Shown here in pieces: positions 54,801 to 64,000 of a DNA stretch of 64,000 nt (its first letter is position 1; each line of letters starts with the position of its first letter). The notes beneath the pieces were generated by a model, which had not been told where the DNA came from, made no database searches, and saw only the letters and a program-made list of their open reading frames with translations. The stretch is from the NCBI GenBank assembly GCA_032718475.1, contig JAUCBJ010000916.1:124001-188000 (forward strand), read 5' to 3'. Source of the stretch: Nemertoderma westbladi (lineage: Eukaryota > Animalia > Xenacoelomorpha). Made by a program: the position numbers and the translations under genes.

Positions 54801-57800
54801 TCACTCCTATCCTATTACAGGGGCTGGATCACTCAATCACATACACCCCCATCACGCATATCCTATTACAGGGGCTGGATCACGCAATCACATACACCCC
54901 CGTCACGCATTTCCTATTACAGGGGCTCGATAACTCAATCACACACACCCCGTCACGCCTATCCTATTACATGGGCTGGATCACTCAATCACACACACCC
55001 CCGTCACGCCTATCCTATTACAGGGGCTGGATCATTCAATCAAATACACCCCCGTCATGCCTCTCCTATTACAGGGGCTCGATAACTCAATCACACACAC
55101 CCCCGTCACGCCTATCCTATTACATGGGCTGGATCACTCAATCACACACACCCCCGTAACGCCTATCCTATTACAGGGGCTGGATCATTCAATCACATAC
55201 ACCCCCGTCATGCCTCTCCTATTACAGGGGCTGGATCACTCAATCACATACACCCCCGTCACGCCTATCTTATTACAGGGGCTGGATCATTCAATCACAT
55301 ACACCCCCGTCACGCCTATCCTATTACATGGGCTGGATCACTAAATCACATACACCCCCGTCACGCCTATCCTATTACAGGGTCTGGATTACTCAATCAC
55401 ATACACCCCGGTCATGCCTATCATATTACAGGGGCTGGATCACTCAATCACATACACCGCCGTAACGCCTATCCTATTACAGGGGCTGGATCATTCAATC
55501 ACATACACCCCCGTCACGGCTATCCTATTACAGGGGCTGGATCACTCAATCACATACACCAACGTCACGCCTATCCTATTACGGGGGCTGGATCATTCAA
55601 TCACATACACCCCCGCCACGCCTATCCTATTACATGGGCTGGATCACTAAATCACATACACCCCCGTCACGCCTATCCTATTACAGGGGCTGGATCATTC
55701 AATCACATACACCCCCGTCACGCCTATCCTATTACAGGGGCTGGATCACTCAATCACATACACCCCCGTCACGCCTATCCTATTACAGGGGCTGGATCAC
55801 TCAATCACATACACCCCCGTCACGCCTATCCTATTACAGGGGCTGGATCACTCAATCACATACACCCCCGTCACGCCTATCCTATTACGGGGGCTGGATC
55901 ATTCAATCACATACACCCCCGCCACGCCTATCCTATTACATGGGCTGGATCACTAAATCACATACACCCCCGTCACGCCTATCCTATTACAGGGGCTGGA
56001 TCATTCAATCACATACACCCCCGTCACGCCTATCCTATTACAGGGGCTGGATCACTCAATCACATACACCCCCGTCACGCCTATCCTATTACAGGGGCTG
56101 GATCACTCAATCACATACACCCCCATCACCGCTATCCTATTACAGGGGCTGGATCACTCAATCACATACACCCCGTCACGCCTATCCTATTACAGGGGCT
56201 GGATATTTCAATCACATACACCCCCGTCACGCCTATCCTATTACAGGGTCTGGATCACTCAATCACATACACCCCCGTCACGCCTATCCTATTACAGGGT
56301 CTGGATCACTCAATCACATACACCCCCGTCACGCCTATCCTATTACAGGGGCTGGATCACTCAATCACATACACCCCCGTCACGGCTATCCTATTACAGG
56401 GGCTGGATCACTCAATCACATACACCCCCGTCACGCCTATCCTATTACAGGGGCTGGATCACTCAATCACATACACCCGCGTCACGCCTATCCTATTACA
56501 GGGGCTGGATCACTCAATCGCATACACCCCCGTCACGGCTATCCTATTACAGGGTCTGGATCACTCAATCACATACACCCCAGTCACGCATTTCTTATTA
56601 CAGGGGCTGGATCACTCAATCACATACACCCCTGTCACGCCTATCCTATTACAGGGTCTGGATCACTCAATCACATACACCCCGGTCACGCCTATCCTAT
56701 TACAGGGGCTGGATCACTCAATCACATACAGTCCGTCACGCCTATCCTATTACAGGGGCTGGATCAATCAATCACATACACCCCCGTCACGCCTATCCTA
56801 TTACAGGGTCTGGATTACTCAATCACATACACCCCGGTCATGCCTATCATATTACAGGGGCTGGATCACTCAATCACATACACCCCCGTAACGCCTATCC
56901 TATTACAGGGGCTGGATCATTCAATCACATACACCCCCGTCACGCCTATCCTATTACAGGGGCTGGATCACTCAATCACATACACCCCCGTCACGCCTAT
57001 CCTATTACAGGGGCTGGATCATTCAATCACATACACCCCCGTCACGCCTATCCTATTACATGGGCTGGATCACTCAATCACACACACCCCCGTCACGGCT
57101 ATCCTATTACGGGGGCTGGATCACTCAATCACATACACCCCCATCACGCCTATCCTATTACAGGGGCTGGATCATTCAATCACATACACCCCCGTCATGC
57201 CTCTCCTATTACAGGGGCTGGATCACTCAATCACATACACCCCCGTCACGCCTATCTTATTACAGGGGCTGGATCATTCAATCACATACACCCCCGTCAC
57301 GCCTATCCTATTACATGGGCTGGATCACTAAATCACATACACCCCCGTCACGCCTATCCTATTACAGGGTCTGGATTACTCAATCACATACACCCCGGTC
57401 ATGCCTATCATATTACAGGGGCTGGATCACTCAATCACATACACCGCCGTAACGCCTATCCTATTACAGGGGCTGGATCATTCAATCACATACACCCCCG
57501 TCACGCCTATCCTATTACAGGGGCTGGATCACTCAATCACATACACCCCCGTCACGCCTATCCTATTACAGGGGCTGGATCATTCAATCACATACACCCC
57601 CGTCACGCCTATCCTATTACATGGGCTGGATCACTCAATCACATACACCCCCGTCACACTATCCTATTACAGGGACTGGATCACTCAATGACATACACCC
57701 CCGTCACGCCTATCCTATTACAGGGGCTGGATCACTCAATGACATACACCCCCGTCATGCCTATCCTATTACAGGGGCTGGATCACTCAATCACATACAC

Positions 57801-60800
57801 CCCAGTCACGCCTATCATATTACAGGGGCTCGATAACTCAATCACATACACCCCCGTCACGCCTATCCTATTACAGGGGCTGGATCACTCAATCACATAC
57901 ACCCCCGTCACGCCTATCCTATTACAGGGGCTGGATCACTCAATCACATACACCCCCGTCACGCGTATCCTATTACAGGGGCTGGATCACTCAATCACAT
58001 ACACCCCCGTCACGCCTATCCTATTACAGGGGCTGGATCACTCAATCACATACCCCCTCGTCACGCCTATCCTATTACAGGGGCTGGATCACTCAATCAC
58101 ATACACCCCCGTCACGCCTATCCTATTACATCGGCTGGATCACTCAATCACATACACCCCCGTCACGGATATCCTATTACAGGGGCTGGATCACTCAATC
58201 ACATAAACCCCCGTCATGCCTATCCTATTACAGGGGCTGGATCACGCAATCACATACACCCCCGTCACGCATTTCCTATTACAGGGGCTCGATAACTCAA
58301 TCACACACACCCCCGTCACGCCTCTCCTATTACATGGGCTGGATCACTCAATCACATACACCCCCGTCACGCCTATCCTATTACAGGGGCTGGATCACTC
58401 AATCACATACACCCCCGTCACGCCTATCCTATTACAGGGGCTGGATCACTCAATCGCATAAACCCTCATCACGCCTATCCTATTACAGGGTCTGGATCAC
58501 TCAATCACATACACCCCGGTCACGCCTATCCTATTACAGGGGCTGGATCACTCAATCACATACACTCCGTCACGCCTATCCTATTACAGGGGCTGGATCA
58601 TTCAATCACATAAACCCCCGTCACGCCTATCCTATTACAGGGGCTGAATCACTCAATCGCATACACCCCCGTCACGGCTATCCTATTACAGGTGCTGGAT
58701 CACTCAATCACATACACCCCCGTCACGCCTGTCCTATTACAGGAGCTGGATCACTCAATCACATACACCCCCGTCACGCCTATCATATTACAGGGGCTGG
58801 ATATTTCAATCACATAAACCCCCGTCACGCCTATCCTATTACAGGGGCTCGATAACTCAATCACACACACCCCCGTCACGCCTATCCTATTACAGGGGCT
58901 GGATCACTCAATCACATACACTCCGTCACGCCTATCCTATTACAGGGGCTGGATCACTCAATCACATACTCCCCCGTCACGCCTATCCTATTACAGGGGC
59001 TCGATAACTCAATCACACACACCCCCGTCACGCCTATCCTATTACATGGGCTGGATCACTCAATCACATACTCCCCCGTCACGCCTATCCTATTACAGGG
59101 GCTCGATAACTCAATCACACACACCCCCGTCACGCCTATCCTATTACAGGGGCTGGATCACTCAATCACATACTCCCCCGTCACGCCTATCCTATTACAG
59201 GGGCTCGATAACTCAATCACACACACCCCCGTCACGCCTATCCTATTACATGGGCTGGATCACTCAATCACATACTCCCCCGTCACGCCTATCCTATTAC
59301 AGGGGCTCGATAACTCAATCACACACACCCCCGTCACGCCTATCCTATTACAGGGGCTGGATCACTCAATCACATACACTCCGTCACGCCTATCCTATTA
59401 CAGGGGCTGGATCACTCAATCACATACTCCCCCGTCACGCCTATCCTATTACAGGGGCTCGATAACTCAATCACACACACCCCCGTCACGCCTATCCTAT
59501 TACAGGGGCTGGATCACTCAATCACATACACCCCCGTCACGCCTATCCGATTACAGGGGCTGGATCACTCAATCACATACACCCCCGTCACGCCTATCCT
59601 ATTACAGGGGCTGGATCACTCAATCACATACACCCCCATCACGCGTATCCTATTACAGGGGCTGGATCACTCAATCACATACACCCCCGTCACGCCTATC
59701 CTATTACAGGGGCTGGATCACTCAATCACATACTCCCCCGTCACGCCTATCCTATTACAGGGGCTGGATCACTCAATCACATACAACCCCGTCACCCCTA
59801 TCCTATTACAGGGGCTGGATCACTCAATCACATAAACCCCCGTCACGCTTATCCTATTACAGGGGCTGGATCACTCAATCACATACACCCCCGTCACGCC
59901 TATCCTATTACAGGGGCTGGATCACTCAATCACATACACCCCCGTCACGGCTATCCTATTACAGGGGCTGGATCACTCAATCACATACACCCCCATCACA
60001 CTATCCTATTACAGGGACTGGATCACTCAATGAAATACACCCCCGTCACTCCTATCCTATTACAGGGGCTGGATCACTCAATCACATACACCCCCATCAC
60101 GCATATCCTATTACAGGGGCTGGATCACGCAATCACATACACCCCCGTCACGCCTATCCTATTACAGGGGCTGGATCACTCAATCACATACTCCCTCGTC
60201 ACGCCTATCCTATTATAGGGGCTGGATCACTCAATCACATACACCCCCGTCACGGCTATCCTATTACAGGGGCTGGATCACTCAATCACATACACCCCCA
60301 TCACACTATCCTATTACAGGGACTGGATCACTCAATGAAATACACCCCCGTCACTCCTATCCTATTGCAGGGGCTGGATCACTCAATCACATACACCCCC
60401 ATCACGCATATCCTATTACAGGGGCTGGATCACGCAATCACATACACCCCCGTCACGCATTTCCTATTACAGGGGCTCGATAACTCAATCACACACACCC
60501 CCGTCACGCCTATCCTATTACATGGGCTGGATCACTCAATCACACACACCCCCGTCACGCCTATCCTATTACAGGGGCTGGATCATTCAATCAAATACAC
60601 CCCCGTCATGCCTCTCCTATTACAGGGGCTCGATAACTCAATCACACACACCCCCGTCACGCCTATCCTATTACATGGGCTGGATCACTCAATCACACAC
60701 ACCCCCGTAACGCCTATCCTATTACAGGGGCTGGATCATTCAATCACATACACCCCCGTCATGCCTCTCCTATTACAGGGGCTGGATCACTCAATCACAT

Positions 60801-63800
60801 ACACCCCCGTCACGCCTATCTTATTACAGGGGCTGGATCATTCAACACATACACCCCCGTCACGCCTATCCTATTACATGGGCTGGATCACTAAATCACA
60901 TACACCCCCGTCACGCCTATCCTATTACAGGGTCTGGATTACTCAATCACATACACCCCGGTCATGCCTATCATATTACAGGGGCTGGATCACTCAATCA
61001 CATACACCGCCGTAACGCCTATCCTATTACAGGGGCTGGATCATTCAATCACATACACCCCCGTCACGCCTATCCTATTACAGGGGCTGGATCACTCAAT
61101 CACATACACCCCCGTCACGCCTATCCTATTACGGGGGCTGGATCACTCAATCACATACACCCCCGTCACGCCTATCCTATTACGGGGGCTGGATCATTCA
61201 ATCACATACACCCCCGTCACGCCTATCCTATTACATGGGCTGGATCACTAAATCACATACACCCCCGTCACGCCTATCCTATTACAGGGGCTGGATCATT
61301 CAATCACATACACCCCCGTCACGCCTATCCTATTACAGGGGCTGGATCACTCAATCACATACACCCCCGTCACGCCTATCCTATTACAGGGGCTGGATCA
61401 CTCAATCACATACACCCCCATCACCGCTATCCTATTACAGGGGCTGGATCACTCAATCACATACACCCCGTCACGCCTATCCTATTACAGGGGCTGGATA
61501 TTTCAATCACATACACCCCCGTCACGCCTATCCTATTACAGGGGCTGGATCACTCAATCAAATACACCCCCGTCACGGCTATCCTATTACAGGGGCTGGA
61601 TCACTCAATCACATACACCCCCGTCACGCCTATCCGATTACAGGGGCTGGATCACTCAATCACATACACCCCCGTCACGGCTATCCTATTACAGGGGTTG
61701 GATCACTCAATCACATACACCCCCGTCACGCCTATCCTATTACAGGGGCTGGATCACTCAATCACATACACCCCCGTCACGCCTATCCTATTACAGGGGC
61801 TGGATCACTCAATCACATACACCCCCGTCACGGCTATCCTATTACAGGGGCTGGATCACTCAATCACATACACCCCCGTCACGCCTATCCTATTACAGGG
61901 GCTGGATCACTCAATCACATACACCCCCGTCACGCCTATCCTATTACAGGGGCTGGATCACTCAATCAAATACACCCCCGTCACGGCTATCCTATTACAT
62001 GGGCTGGATCACTCAATCATATACACCCCCGTCACGCCTATCCTATTACAGGGGCTGGATCACTCAATCAAATACACCCCCGTCACGGCTATCCTATTAC
62101 AGGGGCTGGATCACTCAATGACATACACCCCCGTCACGGCTATCCTATTACAGGGGCTGGATCACTCAATGACATACACCCCCGTCACGGCTATCCTATT
62201 ACAGGGGCTGGATCACTCAATGACATACACCCCCGTCACGCCTATCCTATTACAGGGGCTGGATCACTCAATCACATACACCCCCGTCACGCCTATCCTA
62301 TTACAGGGGCTGGATCACTCAATCACATACACCCCCGTCACGGCTATCCTATTACAGGGGCTGGATCACTCAATCACATACACCCCCGTCACGCCTATCC
62401 TATTACAGGGGCTGGATCACTCAATCACATACACCCCCGTCACGCCTATCCTATTACAGGGGCTGGATCACTCAATCGCATACACCCCCGTCACGGCTAT
62501 CCTATTACAGGGTCTGGATCACTCAATCACATACACCCCAGTCACGCATTTCCTATTACAGGGGCTGGATCACTCAATCACATACACCCCTGTCACGCCT
62601 ATCCTATTACAGGGTCTGGATCACTCAATCACATACACCCCGGTCACGCCTATCCTATTACAGGGGCTGGATCACTCAATCACATACAGTCCGTCACGCC
62701 TATCCTATTACAGGGGCTGGATCAATCAATCACATACACCCCCGTCACGCCTATCCTATTACAGGGTCTGGATTACTCAATCACATACACCCCGGTCATG
62801 CCTATCATATTACAGGGGCTGGATCACTCAATCACATACACCCCCGTAACGCCTATCCTATTACAGGGGCTGGATCATTCAATCACATACACCCCCGTCA
62901 CGCCTATCCTATTACAGGGGCTGGATCACTCAATCACATACACCACCGTCACGCCTATCCTATTACAGGGGCTGGATCATTCAATCACATACACCCCCGT
63001 CACGCCTATCCTATTACATGGGCTGGATCACTCAATCACATACACCCCCGTCACACTATCCTATTACAGGGACTGGATCACTCAATGACATACACCCCCG
63101 TCACGCCTATCCTATTACAGGGGCTGGATCACTCAATGACATACACCCCCGTCATGCCTATCCTATTACAGGGGCTGGATCACTCAATCACATACACCCC
63201 AGTCACGCCTATCATATTACAGGGGCTCGATAACTCAATCACATACACCCCCGTCACGCCTATCCTATTACAGGGGCTGGATCACTCAATCACATACACC
63301 CCCGTCACGCCTATCCTATTACAGGGGCTGGATCACTCAATCACATACACCCCCGTCACGCGTATCCTATTACAGGGGCTGGATCACTCAATCACATACA
63401 CCCCCGTCACGCCTATCCTATTACAGGGGCTGGATCACTCAATCACATACACCCTCGTCACGCCTATCCTATTACAGGGGCTGGATCACTCAATCACATA
63501 CACCCCCGTCACGCCTATCCTATTACATCGGCTGGATCACTCAATCACATACACCCCCGTCACGGATATCCTATTACAGGGGCTGGATCACTCAATCACA
63601 TACACCCCCGTCATGCCTATCCTATTACAGGGGCTGGATCACGCAATCACATACACCCCCGTCACGCATTTCCTATTACAGGGGCTCGATAACTCAATCA
63701 CACACACCCCCGTCACGCCTCTCCTATTACATGGGCTGGATCACTCAATCACATACACCCCCGTCACGCCTATCCTATTACAGGGGCTGGATCACTCAAT

Positions 63801-64000
63801 CACATACACCCCCGTCACGGCTATCCTATTACAGGGGCTGGATCACTCAATCACATACACCTCCGTCACGCCTATCCTATTACAGGGGCATGATCATTCA
63901 TTCACATACACCCCCGTCACGCCTATCCTATTACAGGGGCTGGATCACTCAATCACATACACCCCCGTCACGTCTATCCTATTACAGGGGCTGGATCACT
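39845..64000. repeat. 51-bp satellite array 2 (~470 monomers, continues past the window end)
   Basis: Same consensus and orientation as array 1, uninterrupted, with its own set of diagnostic variants. Confidence 0.99.

Noticed and set aside
2794-63233. The many long repeat ORFs (up to 1,171 aa) as real mucin-like or repeat proteins
   Set aside because: They are translations of the 51-bp satellite in all three frames. They switch frame at random indels and have no unique N- or C-terminal domains.
2836-64000. CRISPR array
   Set aside because: There are no unique spacers, the whole unit repeats, no cas genes are present, and the context is eukaryotic TEs.

Overview
Eukaryotic (probably invertebrate animal) heterochromatin-like window. 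About 87% of it is a 51-bp satellite (consensus CACTCAATCACATACACCCCCGTCACGCCTATCCTATTACAGGGGCTGGAT, roughly 1,080 copies) in two same-orientation arrays, ~2836-36270 and ~39845 to the window end. Nearly all ORFs in the track are artefacts, because the monomer is 17 codons long and has no stop in any of the three + frames. Array 1 carries two clean insertions at the same TATTA motif of the monomer. One is a 294-bp 5'-truncated RTE-type LINE with a (TAG)5 tail and a ~10-bp TSD. The other is a 1,896-bp non-autonomous DNA transposon with perfect 62-bp TIRs (TAC...GTA), a 6-bp TSD, 20-bp subterminal repeats and a truncated ORF, which fits IS3EU. Between the arrays lie ~1 kb of unique DNA, a 23-bp palindromic satellite (~2.2 kb) and the 3' end of a second LINE on the minus strand. 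The first 2.8 kb hold a 59-bp minisatellite and a minus-strand ORF of at least 172 codons that the track missed and that runs off the window. I found no CRISPR array, RNA gene or complete host gene, and no demonstrably new biological system. The interesting signals concern interplay between the satellites and the transposons.
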